Source: Parcubacteria bacterium C7867-008 (GTDB taxonomy: Bacteria > Patescibacteriota > Minisyncoccia > Phycocordibacterales > Phycocordibacteraceae). Taken from it: a DNA stretch of 64,000 bases. The position numbers were made by a program, and so were the translations under genes. The stretch covers positions 133,354-197,353 of the forward strand of contig LFCR01000006.1 in NCBI GenBank assembly GCA_001189215.1. Direction: 5' to 3'. Under the pieces are notes generated by a model. The model was given only the letters and a program-made list of their open reading frames with translations. It was not told where the DNA came from and searched no databases. Of this stretch, positions 56,175 to 64,000 are shown one piece after another (the first letter of the stretch is position 1; each line of letters opens with the position of its first letter).

Positions 56175-56205
56175 AAAGGGCCCGGCTTTTAGTCGGGCCC
56201 TTTTA
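56175..56205 (+). terminator. rho-independent terminator (AAAAGGGCCCGGC-TTTTA-GTCGGGCCCTTTT)
   Basis: A 12-13-bp stem flanked by A and T tracts; possibly bidirectional. Confidence 0.55.
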
Positions 56206-56225
56206 TATGCTACCCTCGCAGTACC

Positions 56226-56297
56226 GCCCTCATAGCTCAATGGATAGAGCATCTCACTCCTAACGAGAAGATCTTGGTTCGATTCCAGGTGAGGGCA
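56226..56297 (+). tRNA. tRNA-Arg (anticodon CCU)
   Basis: Acceptor GCCCTCA/TGAGGGC, D-arm GCTC-AATGGATA-GAGC, anticodon loop CTCCTAA and T-arm CTTGG-TTCGATT-CCAGG; 72 nt. Confidence 0.8.
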
Positions 56298-56328
56298 CTA
56301 ATAAAGAATTGAATGCTACAGTAGCATC

Positions 56329-57954
56329 ATGAATGAAGAAAACGCTGAAAAGATTGCACCGGTCGTACCTCTGGCACCAAATGCTCTACATAAGAGATGG
56401 ATAATACTCGTTCTTACAGGAATTACTCTAGTGGCGATAATTGCGGGAGGGTATCTTCTGTATAACAAAACATCAATTCTAGATGATGTTCAGGAAGTAC
56501 TTCAAGCTAGCCTGACTCCAGAAGGTATTCCTGATGACGATATATTCCTTAATGGCTTCACTCCTACCGGGAAAACCTGGCCTCTTACGGAAGAGTATTG
56601 GTCTCAAGAACGTAAAGACAATCCGTTAGCAGCGATACGTCAATCATATTGTGAACATATTGGATATAAGTATGCTGACTTTGCTGCAAGCTGTTTCGCC
56701 TATCAATATTTCGATTCGTATAAAATATATACAAATACAGAAGATGCCTTTACGATGTATTATCCGACCTTTTGGGTGGCAGACGCGCAACCGAATAGTT
56801 ACGGATTTGTAACTGACGCGAAGGCTTCATGGCGCCGAAATAATGCGTCTTGTGCTATCACGTACGGGCTTATTGATGAAACTGCTCTTGTTTCTTCAGG
56901 AACAGCTTCCACAACAAAGGTTGACTATGCAAGCCACGCTTCAGGTGGTTTTGTCTCAGAGCGCGGTCTCACAAACATATACATACCCTTCTCAAGAGCA
57001 GTAACCAACGAAGAAAAGGCAGCAGGATATACGGAAGACAGAATAATTGCAGTGCCACATTTTCCGTATGCAGACAGTCCCAATGGCTTTCTGCTCACCA
57101 GCGGTGAGAAGCAACCTCTTGTTGAAGCATGCGCAGAAGAATTTGATTACATATTAAATACTAGAGCACTCCAATATTCAGCAGGAGCCCTCACATCAAG
57201 CTCAAACGGCGTGTTATCGATACACGATATGGGGTCATGGTTTGAGGCGTATGCAGACATTCCTCATACCATAAGCCTAGTATTTACGGATAAGAAAACA
57301 GGAAAAGAGGTATCAATTGCATCTGCTGCACTAAAGAACGTACATTCAATTGACGAGCCGTTTGTTAGTGGAACGAAACTATACTTTAAGTCAGGAGCCT
57401 ATGAAAACCCTGAAATAATGAGTATTGATTTAGTAACTGGTGAATCAGACATTCTTCCGCTTCAACACTCAGAGGGTAACGTAATACATTCGTTCTACGT
57501 AAGAGCGGGGAATGTGTATTACCTAACTGGTGAATATTGTAATGATTACAAGGCGACCTGTGTTGATATGAAGTTGCATCAATACAATGTACAGACTAAA
57601 GCCTCACTAGAACTGGCAGGAGGTATAACTTCGCGCGATATTATCGGACTCAATTCTACGAAAGATAAAATAATACTTGCCATGAGAGAAGGGGATGCGG
57701 GATGCGGATGGGGGAGTTATGAATCATACTCATTTACGACCCGAACCATCCAGAATTTAGGCTCCTATCACTATTGTGAAGGTGATCCTGTTGATGATTC
57801 ACTGCAATTCAAGAATCTCATTTCGGACACTAGTGATTTCCAGAAGCTAATACTCCGTGATGGAGCGATTGTTCTACCGGCACCAACTGATGAATATGAT
57901 GGTACGGTCTATATCCGAGCTAATCTCGATGAGTATCCGGCCCAAGTGAAATAG
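56329..57954 (+). CDS. large hypothetical membrane-anchored/secreted protein (orphan)
   Basis: 541 aa with one N-terminal TM helix and a large, AT-richer, Tyr/Ser/Thr-rich extracytoplasmic domain with scattered Cys. No known motifs. Confidence 0.5.
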   Translation: MNEENAEKIAPVVPLAPNALHKRWIILVLTGITLVAIIAGGYLLYNKTSILDDVQEVLQASLTPEGIPDDDIFLNGFTPTGKTWPLTEEYWSQERKDNPLAAIRQSYCEHIGYKYADFAASCFAYQYFDSYKIYTNTEDAFTMYYPTFWVADAQPNSYGFVTDAKASWRRNNASCAITYGLIDETALVSSGTASTTKVDYASHASGGFVSERGLTNIYIPFSRAVTNEEKAAGYTEDRIIAVPHFPYADSPNGFLLTSGEKQPLVEACAEEFDYILNTRALQYSAGALTSSSNGVLSIHDMGSWFEAYADIPHTISLVFTDKKTGKEVSIASAALKNVHSIDEPFVSGTKLYFKSGAYENPEIMSIDLVTGESDILPLQHSEGNVIHSFYVRAGNVYYLTGEYCNDYKATCVDMKLHQYNVQTKASLELAGGITSRDIIGLNSTKDKIILAMREGDAGCGWGSYESYSFTTRTIQNLGSYHYCEGDPVDDSLQFKNLISDTSDFQKLILRDGAIVLPAPTDEYDGTVYIRANLDEYPAQVK

Positions 57955-57972
57955 TGTTTGTAAGGAGCGGGG

Positions 57973-58713
57973 ATGGTGTCCGTCTGTGTATATACTACCT
58001 ATATGAAACGAACTGCTGCAATGGTTAATATCGGCGCAATTGTATTTGCGGTAATTCTCTGTGGAGGAGCATTATTTTTCTTCTTCCAAAAGGCCCCACA
58101 GGTCAATATCTCTGAACCGCTGGGAACGACTACTGTCCCTGGTATGCTCACAGCAACCAGCACAGAACCCGTGACAAAGCCTGGTCTAGGGGTGCCCACC
58201 ACACGTCCGTTAGGGTATGTAACCCTCGCACTTGGCGAAACGGCACGCTTTGCAGGGCTCACCATTACTCCTATTTCTATAGTTGAAGACAGCCGCTGTT
58301 CGGTGGGTGTGCAGTGTATACAGGCAGGAACGGTACGCGTAGCAGTAAAGATTGTGGCAGCAATGGGTACCAATACGCAGACACTGACGCTGAATCAACC
58401 ATTTACCACAGAAGCAGAGACTATTACTCTCACCGATGTTAAACCGGTAAAGAAACAGGGAGACATGAAGCCTGCTGAGTATGCACTTACATTCAACGTT
58501 CAGAAGGGAGTCGTAGCAAAACCTTGTTATGTAGGAGGATGTTCCTCACAGATCTGTTCTGATAGACCAGATGCAGTGTCTACCTGTGAATATCGTTCTG
58601 AATATGGGTGTTACCGTACCGCCAAGTGCGAGAGACAAATAAACGATACCTGTGGTTGGACTCAAACCCCAGCACTCCAGCAGTGCCTTGCAAATCCTCC
58701 AGCAGCCATATAG
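57973..58713 (+). CDS. hypothetical membrane-anchored protein with C-terminal 8-Cys domain
   Basis: AAGGAG 5 nt upstream of the ATG at 57973. After a TM helix and a Thr/Pro linker there are a CSVGVQCIQAG segment and a C-terminal Cys-rich module CYVGGCSSQICSDRPDAVSTCEYRSEYGCYRTAKCERQINDTCGW. Confidence 0.45.
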   Translation: MVSVCVYTTYMKRTAAMVNIGAIVFAVILCGGALFFFFQKAPQVNISEPLGTTTVPGMLTATSTEPVTKPGLGVPTTRPLGYVTLALGETARFAGLTITPISIVEDSRCSVGVQCIQAGTVRVAVKIVAAMGTNTQTLTLNQPFTTEAETITLTDVKPVKKQGDMKPAEYALTFNVQKGVVAKPCYVGGCSSQICSDRPDAVSTCEYRSEYGCYRTAKCERQINDTCGWTQTPALQQCLANPPAAI

Positions 58714-58735
58714 GACCGGTGTATACTGGGACTAT

Positions 58736-59158
58736 ATGAAAACATTGATTCATCGCACCAGTCGTCGTTTCTACGACCCCTCACTTGGTATTTTCTTTAT
58801 CCGCCTCATGGTTGGCCTTATCTTCCTTACGCACGGATGGCATAAGGTTGTTGCGCTCTCGCAGACTATGGCTATGTTCTCAAATCTCGGTATGTGGCCA
58901 GTGGTAGGGGTGTTTATCGGCTGGCTTGAAGTTGTTGGTGGTCTTGCTCTTATTACCGGTATTGCAACTCGCTTCTTCGGTATCGTATTTGCTATTGAAA
59001 TGGTTGCAGCAGCACTTCTCGTTGGTGCAGCACGTGGTTTCAGTGGCATGGAGTTTGAACTCCTTCTTGCAGCGTGTTCACTTGGCATCGTATTCATTGG
59101 TTCTGGTAAGTACTCGGTATATAAGATGGAGCGCCACCTTAATCCAGACATTGGGTAG
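58736..59158 (+). CDS. DoxX family membrane protein
   Basis: Four TM helices; the N-terminal block GIFFIRLMVGLIFLTHGWHKV is typical of DoxX. Confidence 0.7.
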   Translation: MKTLIHRTSRRFYDPSLGIFFIRLMVGLIFLTHGWHKVVALSQTMAMFSNLGMWPVVGVFIGWLEVVGGLALITGIATRFFGIVFAIEMVAAALLVGAARGFSGMEFELLLAACSLGIVFIGSGKYSVYKMERHLNPDIG

Positions 59159-59163
59159 GAACT

Positions 59164-59478
59164 ATGGCGCTTAGTGAAGAACAGGACGTCACGCTCGGAC
59201 GTCTCGAAGAACTGCTTGAAGAGAATCTAAAACTAGCTGAAGATACTAACCGTATTCTTCGTGATGTACGTCGCACGGGACGCATTGCCTTTTGGGCAAA
59301 GGTGATCCTTTGGACCATCGTATTGGTACTGCCATTTTTCTTCATTGGTCCGGTACTTCGTGCCCTTGAACCATATACAAATGGCGCTCTCCCTGCCGGT
59401 ACGACCCTGCTTGGAGTACCTTCTCCAGAGCAGATCCAGAGTGCTGTAGAGCAATTTAAGGCAAAGAATACTCAGTAA
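59164..59478 (+). CDS. hypothetical protein with one TM helix
   Basis: 104-aa ORF with a charged coiled N-terminus and a single hydrophobic helix. Confidence 0.4.
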   Translation: MALSEEQDVTLGRLEELLEENLKLAEDTNRILRDVRRTGRIAFWAKVILWTIVLVLPFFFIGPVLRALEPYTNGALPAGTTLLGVPSPEQIQSAVEQFKAKNTQ

Positions 59479-59524
59479 CGGTATAGGTGAAATACGGCGC
59501 CTGCTATGGTAGGATAGCCGTATT

Positions 59525-59597
59525 GCTTGGGTAGCTCAGTTGGTAGAGCGTTCCCCTGAAGAGGGAAGGGTCCCCGGTTCAAATCCGGGCCCAAGCA
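59525..59597 (+). tRNA. tRNA-Phe (anticodon GAA)
   Basis: Acceptor GCTTGGG/CCCAAGC, D-arm GCTC-AGTTGGTA-GAGC, anticodon loop CTGAAGA and T-arm CCCGG-TTCAAAT-CCGGG; 73 nt. Confidence 0.85.
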
Positions 59598-59645
59598 CTC
59601 GTATTCGGTTTCATTGGAGACCTCTTAACATTCACGCTGATTGAT

Positions 59646-60623
59646 TTGTCTCTAGCAAATCTCGTGTTTGTTGCCTATCTAACTCTTGCAGGAGTAACAA
59701 CGTTTCTTTCCCACACGATCTCTGCACGGTTTGATATGAATGATGCGTTGTGGCGCCGTACGCTCTCTGTACTAGCGCCACTTATCGCACAGTACGCGAT
59801 AGGTAGTCTGCTTTCAGGTATTCTTATCTTCTACACAAAGAGCGCAACGCTCTCCGTCTCGTGGCCATTCATTGCCATGCTTGCTCTAGTATTCATTGGC
59901 AATGAATTCTTCCGTGGCTATCGTGAACATCTCGCATTCCAGACGGTGCTCTTCTTCTTTACTCTGTATGCATACACCATATTCGCGCTCCCACTATTAC
60001 TTGGTCGTCTAGGTCCTGTTACCTTCCTAGAGAGCACAGGACTTGCTGTAGCTGCCTTTGCGGCCTTTCTGGGGCTTCTGGCGTGGGTAGGATGGACTCG
60101 TTTTGCTAAGACGTTTCATATGATCGTGGGTGGTTCAGTACTGGTCCTTATCCTTCTAGTCGGGTCATATTTCACTTCACTCATCCCTCCTATTCCTCTC
60201 ACCCTACGAGACAGTGGTATCTATCATTCTGTTAAGCATGTGCAGGGTGGCTATGAGCTGCTTGCTGAGCAGGAGCGTGATTGGTGGGATTTCTATACGC
60301 CTCAAGTTGTTCACCACATTCCAGGCACTACACTCTTTGCTTTTAGTTCAGTGTTCGCACCCGGTACCTTCAGCGCCAACGTTATGCACGTATGGGAACA
60401 CTATGACAGTTCATCCAAGAAGTGGATACGTCAGAGTGCCGTAGCGTTCCCACTATCAGGCGGTAGGGCAGGAGGTTACCGGGGATACTCAGAGGTATCA
60501 AATATAGAGCCAGGTGCGTGGCGTGTATCTATAAAGACCGTATCCGGACAAACTATTGGCCGGATACGTTTCAATGTGGAGAATGTTGCTGTCGCACCCG
60601 AACTGCACACTGAAACTCGCTAG
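59646..60623 (+). CDS. hypothetical polytopic membrane protein with C-terminal soluble domain
   Basis: 325 aa with about six TM helices and a C-terminal roughly 120-aa beta-rich domain. Confidence 0.5.
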   Translation: MSLANLVFVAYLTLAGVTTFLSHTISARFDMNDALWRRTLSVLAPLIAQYAIGSLLSGILIFYTKSATLSVSWPFIAMLALVFIGNEFFRGYREHLAFQTVLFFFTLYAYTIFALPLLLGRLGPVTFLESTGLAVAAFAAFLGLLAWVGWTRFAKTFHMIVGGSVLVLILLVGSYFTSLIPPIPLTLRDSGIYHSVKHVQGGYELLAEQERDWWDFYTPQVVHHIPGTTLFAFSSVFAPGTFSANVMHVWEHYDSSSKKWIRQSAVAFPLSGGRAGGYRGYSEVSNIEPGAWRVSIKTVSGQTIGRIRFNVENVAVAPELHTETR

Positions 60624-61153
60624 GTTGATTTAACCTTGAGCTTTGTCTGACGAGACTTATCAAGCTTTGGAAGCACAATGGTAAGGAGACCATCTTTTGC
60701 GCCTGCTGATGCATTGTCTACGTCTACTTCTTGAGGAAGGAGAATAGTGCGTGAGAATGAGCCCCAGAAAAGTTCACGAATGAAGTAGTCTTCGTCTGTT
60801 ACTGCATCACGTTCTTCACGTGCTCCTTCAATCACCACCATGTCTCGACTAAGAGATAGGCTGATTTCATCAGGACGAACACCGGCAATAAACGTACGGA
60901 TAACGATCTCACCTGCGGTCTGGTATACGTCTACGGGAAGTTCACCGTCGCTGTGCTTCTCATCCAGTGCTGCAAGATTATTCTGGCGTACTGCCTGGCT
61001 ATTTGAGATTGGAGAAGGTGTGGCTGCAGGCATAGTACCGGTCATCTTACGGATTGGCTGCTGCTGGGGGACGAAATCGTCCTCGAACGTATCATAGTCG
61101 TCCGAGATCGGTACGGATCCGGAGAGTCGCTCGAAGAAAGATCGTTTTTTCAT
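60620..61153 (-). CDS. small heat-shock protein (Hsp20/alpha-crystallin family)
   Basis: Alpha-crystallin domain (PVDVYQTAGEIVIRTFIAGVRPDEISLSL...GLLTIVLPK) with a disordered N-terminus. Confidence 0.8.
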   Translation of the reverse strand: MKKRSFFERLSGSVPISDDYDTFEDDFVPQQQPIRKMTGTMPAATPSPISNSQAVRQNNLAALDEKHSDGELPVDVYQTAGEIVIRTFIAGVRPDEISLSLSRDMVVIEGAREERDAVTDEDYFIRELFWGSFSRTILLPQEVDVDNASAGAKDGLLTIVLPKLDKSRQTKLKVKST

Positions 61154-61171
61154 AAGTAAGAGATAAGTGTA

Positions 61172-61900
61172 TTAGCAAACGTTCTTGGCTGCGTGCCTAT
61201 AACGGAAATATTTAAGGACTTCAAAGAGTGCAAAGAAGACGATTGCACCAGTCCAAACGATGAAGAAGGCAAGCAGCGTATGCGAACCGCCTCCATAGAT
61301 TATAAAAAAGTTGAACAATGCATGCAATGCGATCGCAAGGATAAGTCCTGTTAGCGCAGCAATTGCACGAAACATTCGCGGCAGGGCATAGGTGAACGCA
61401 AGTGCAAATCCAATAACGGATGAAGCAATAACATGAAGAAGGGTTGAGCCAACAAACCGAAGATTATCTGTTGCAAGACCTGCAAGGAATTGCCCCGCAC
61501 CAAAGGGTTCTAGAAGGAAGAGCACGTTCTCAAGTGCAGCAAACCCAAGCGCCACGGTGAGCATATAGATCACCAAATCTATGGATTCATTCACTTCTCG
61601 TCTCCAGAGTACAAAGATGGCTGCTAAAGCGAACTTAATAGTCTCTTCTATCGTTGCCCAGGCAAGTACCACCAGAAGTCCTTCAGGAAGAAGTGAGACG
61701 GCAAGGGTTTCAAGCGGTAGTACCACAGGAACAGCAAACATACCGGCTATAAAAGCTATCGTTATTAGGGTACGCGGCTCAGGACATCGTTCATCTTCCT
61801 TAAGGAGGAAGTGCAGCCAAATAAGTGCGGGGAGTATGCCGCCAAGAAAGGCATACCCAAACGTGACCATGGACGGCATCATGTACTGATTATACAACAC
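61172..61900 (-). CDS. PrsW-family intramembrane metalloprotease (candidate anti-sigma-factor protease)
   Basis: Multi-TM protein with the PrsW motifs LKEDER (EExxK/R-type), ATIEETIKF, and FAALENVLFL ... HALFN. Confidence 0.6.
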   Translation of the reverse strand: MLYNQYMMPSMVTFGYAFLGGILPALIWLHFLLKEDERCPEPRTLITIAFIAGMFAVPVVLPLETLAVSLLPEGLLVVLAWATIEETIKFALAAIFVLWRREVNESIDLVIYMLTVALGFAALENVLFLLEPFGAGQFLAGLATDNLRFVGSTLLHVIASSVIGFALAFTYALPRMFRAIAALTGLILAIALHALFNFFIIYGGGSHTLLAFFIVWTGAIVFFALFEVLKYFRYRHAAKNVC

Positions 61901-61914
61901 GCCATGTGGCGTAA

Positions 61915-62298
61915 TTATGATGCTGGCTCTGGGTTTATTTCTAAGCTGTATCCTAAACCGATTTTATTCCTAATCTCAATTCTATTTCCAGGAACACTTT
62001 CCAATTTATTCCGTACTTTAGTTATTGTTGCCGGTATCGTGTTACTTAAAGGTGCATCTTTAACATCAGACATGTCTCCGTATATAAAATCAACGATTTC
62101 TGCTTCTGTAAGAGTATTCCCCTGAGCACGGACCAACAGCCATAGAATTTGATACTCTTTTGGCTCAAGGTGAATAGGTTTTTCTGCACCCGCTATAGAG
62201 AACTCACGAGCATCTAAATCAAGGGATAGTGGGCCGTACTCAGGTCTGCGCGCAACACCCGCATCAAGCTTTTCGTGTAGGTTAGGAATTCCTTCCAT
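61915..62298 (-). CDS. stand-alone winged-helix DNA-binding protein (OmpR/PhoB C-terminal-type effector domain without receiver)
   Basis: 127 aa. Trans_reg_C-like segment PIHLEPKEYQILWLLVRAQGNTLTEAEIVDFIYG...ITKVRNKL...IRNKIGLGYSL. Confidence 0.5.
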   Translation of the reverse strand: MEGIPNLHEKLDAGVARRPEYGPLSLDLDAREFSIAGAEKPIHLEPKEYQILWLLVRAQGNTLTEAEIVDFIYGDMSDVKDAPLSNTIPATITKVRNKLESVPGNRIEIRNKIGLGYSLEINPEPAS

Positions 62299-62302
62299 AC
62301 AA

Positions 62303-64000
62303 CTAGTTAGGCCATTGAGCCACCATCAACATTCCTTCCGTTTCAGGAATGCTTTGCCATATCTCTTCCGTAACGAATGGCATAAATGGATGCAGGAGAA
62401 TGAGGAGATCCTTTAGAAGGTGACGAAGCGTTGCTTTACGCGATGCAACAGCTTCAGGGTTATCGCCTGCAAGGATTGGCTTAGACTCCTCAATGATATT
62501 TGCAGCGAGCTCACTCCATGCATACTGATACAGCTTGTCTGCAGCAAGATAGAGTCTGTAGGCTTCCATATCTTTTGTTACATCTGCAGCAATCTCTGCG
62601 AGTGCTGCTTTGAGGGCCATATCGTTCTCCATAAGCGGAGCGTTCAGATCTGCACCCTCCGTATTCTCAAGGATGAAACGAGTGATATTCCAAAGCTTGT
62701 TAGCAAAGTGCTTATACCCCTTGATACGGTCCTCAGACAGCTTCATATCGGTACCTGGAGTGTTACCTATCACAAGCGAGATACGTGCAGCATCAGCACC
62801 AAACTTATTGATGATTTCAATAGGGTCGATACCGTTACCCAGAGATTTCGAGAATTTACGTCCCTGTGCATCACGAACGAGGCCGTGGAGGTATACGGTC
62901 TTGAATGGAATCTCGCCAAGTACAAACTGGCTCATCAGTATCATGCGAGCCACCCAGAAGAATAGAATCTCATAAGCGGTCTCAAGAACGTCGGTAGGGT
63001 GGAAGCGGGCGAGATCAGGCGTTTCGTCGGGCCAGCCAAGAGTAGAAAAGGTCCATGATCCTGAAGAGAACCAAGTATCAAGAGTGTCTTCGTCCTGTGT
63101 CCAGCCATCTGCTTTCCAGTCTCCGCTAGGCGCGTCACCAACCATAGTTTCTTCACCACGAGTCCACACTGGTACACGGTGTCCATACCAAATCTGACGG
63201 CTAATGCACCAATCTCGCAGATTCTCGATCCAGTGGTAGTAGGTTTTGTCGTAGTGGTCAGGAAGGATGCTTATGGCACCAGAGCGTACTGGTTCAAGCA
63301 TCAACTCTTTAAGTGATTTGTTACCTCGTTCCTTAATTGGCTTATTAACATCAATAAACCACTGGTTTAGGATCTGTGGCTCGATGATACCGCCGGTTCG
63401 TTCTGCAGTTGCAATGCGGTGCTGGTAGTTCTCATCAATCTTGTCTACAAGCCCCTTAGCAGCAAGCTTCTCAACGATCTTCTCGCGAGCATCTTTAATC
63501 TTCATTCCCGCAAATTCATCAGCGATAGGGAGGAGTTTTCCATAGAGGTCGATGATCTGGGTACTTCCGAGACCGTGACGCTCTGCTATCTCAAAGTCCA
63601 CTTGTGAGTGACTTGGGGTAATCGTCATAACACCGGTACCAAACTCCGGATCAACAGACGCATCTTTAATGATCGTTGCTTCGATAGGACCATTGATCCA
63701 TTCAACAGTGAGCGTGTCTCCATGCTTGTACTCCTTATATCGAGGATCATCGGGATGCATCACCACATGCTTATCTCCAAACTTTGTTTCAGGACGTGCG
63801 GTACCAATAGTGAATGGACCGTACTTGAAATAGTAGAACTTGGTCTTTTCATCTTCATAGACAATTTCATCGTCTGAGATAGTGGTCTGCCCCTTTGGGT
63901 CCCAGTTCACAATGCGTAGACCCTTATAGATAAGTCCTGCATCATACATATCTTTGAACATGCGATTCACGGCACGATTACGCGCCTCATCAAAAGTGAA
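62303..64000 (-). CDS. valS: valine-tRNA ligase, C-terminal portion (gene continues beyond window end)
   Basis: KMSKS motif (KFSKSLGNGIDP), CISRQIWYGHRVPVW, an editing-domain region and a C-terminal anticodon-binding and coiled-coil domain. The frame is open to the window edge. Confidence 0.85.
   Translation of the reverse strand, partial: FTFDEARNRAVNRMFKDMYDAGLIYKGLRIVNWDPKGQTTISDDEIVYEDEKTKFYYFKYGPFTIGTARPETKFGDKHVVMHPDDPRYKEYKHGDTLTVEWINGPIEATIIKDASVDPEFGTGVMTITPSHSQVDFEIAERHGLGSTQIIDLYGKLLPIADEFAGMKIKDAREKIVEKLAAKGLVDKIDENYQHRIATAERTGGIIEPQILNQWFIDVNKPIKERGNKSLKELMLEPVRSGAISILPDHYDKTYYHWIENLRDWCISRQIWYGHRVPVWTRGEETMVGDAPSGDWKADGWTQDEDTLDTWFSSGSWTFSTLGWPDETPDLARFHPTDVLETAYEILFFWVARMILMSQFVLGEIPFKTVYLHGLVRDAQGRKFSKSLGNGIDPIEIINKFGADAARISLVIGNTPGTDMKLSEDRIKGYKHFANKLWNITRFILENTEGADLNAPLMENDMALKAALAEIAADVTKDMEAYRLYLAADKLYQYAWSELAANIIEESKPILAGDNPEAVASRKATLRHLLKDLLILLHPFMPFVTEEIWQSIPETEGMLMVAQWPN

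Overview
This 64-kb window looks like a gene-dense chromosomal region of a small-genome, probably monoderm bacterium, with background GC roughly 45-52%. Several signs fit a Patescibacteria/CPR-like lineage such as Saccharibacteria, but I cannot verify that. The signs are a Cheo-type SOS box, an RND efflux pump with a membrane-fusion protein but no outer-membrane factor, DsbA paired with VKOR, RNase J, a class II ribonucleotide reductase and many secreted orphan proteins. The conserved core includes lexA plus a Y-family polymerase, a tripartite MFS/RND/MFP efflux cluster, mltG, bipA, a DEAD-box helicase, msrA/msrB, dsbA, a VKOR-family protein, bcp, nth plus a second HhH-GPD glycosylase, RNase J, a peptide-binding protein, secG, groES/groEL, lemA, htpX, ogt, the class II RNR, an RNase P RNA, an O-antigen-ligase/TPR protein, murJ, lepA, a glutaredoxin-like protein, Hsp20, a PrsW-like protease and the 3' part of valS. 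The RNA genes are tRNA-Ser(GGA), tRNA-Arg(CCU), tRNA-Phe(GAA), rnpB and one degenerate tRNA-like element. The most unusual pattern is a mosaic of short islets of clearly higher GC (about 57-63%, with C/G-ending codons). Each carries one to three genes with its own ribosome-binding site and a strong GC-rich terminator. They encode an orphan proteobacterial-type DapD, a GcrA-like regulator wedged between msrA and msrB, an unannotated small Cys-rich ORF, and small membrane proteins, one of which overlaps the secG start. Other notable items are unannotated small proteins (including an lmo0937/DUF5670-family membrane peptide), a candidate structured RNA between two glycosylase genes, an MliC-like lysozyme-inhibitor fusion, basic low-complexity tails on RNA and DNA-binding proteins, and several large orphan proteins next to tRNA genes.
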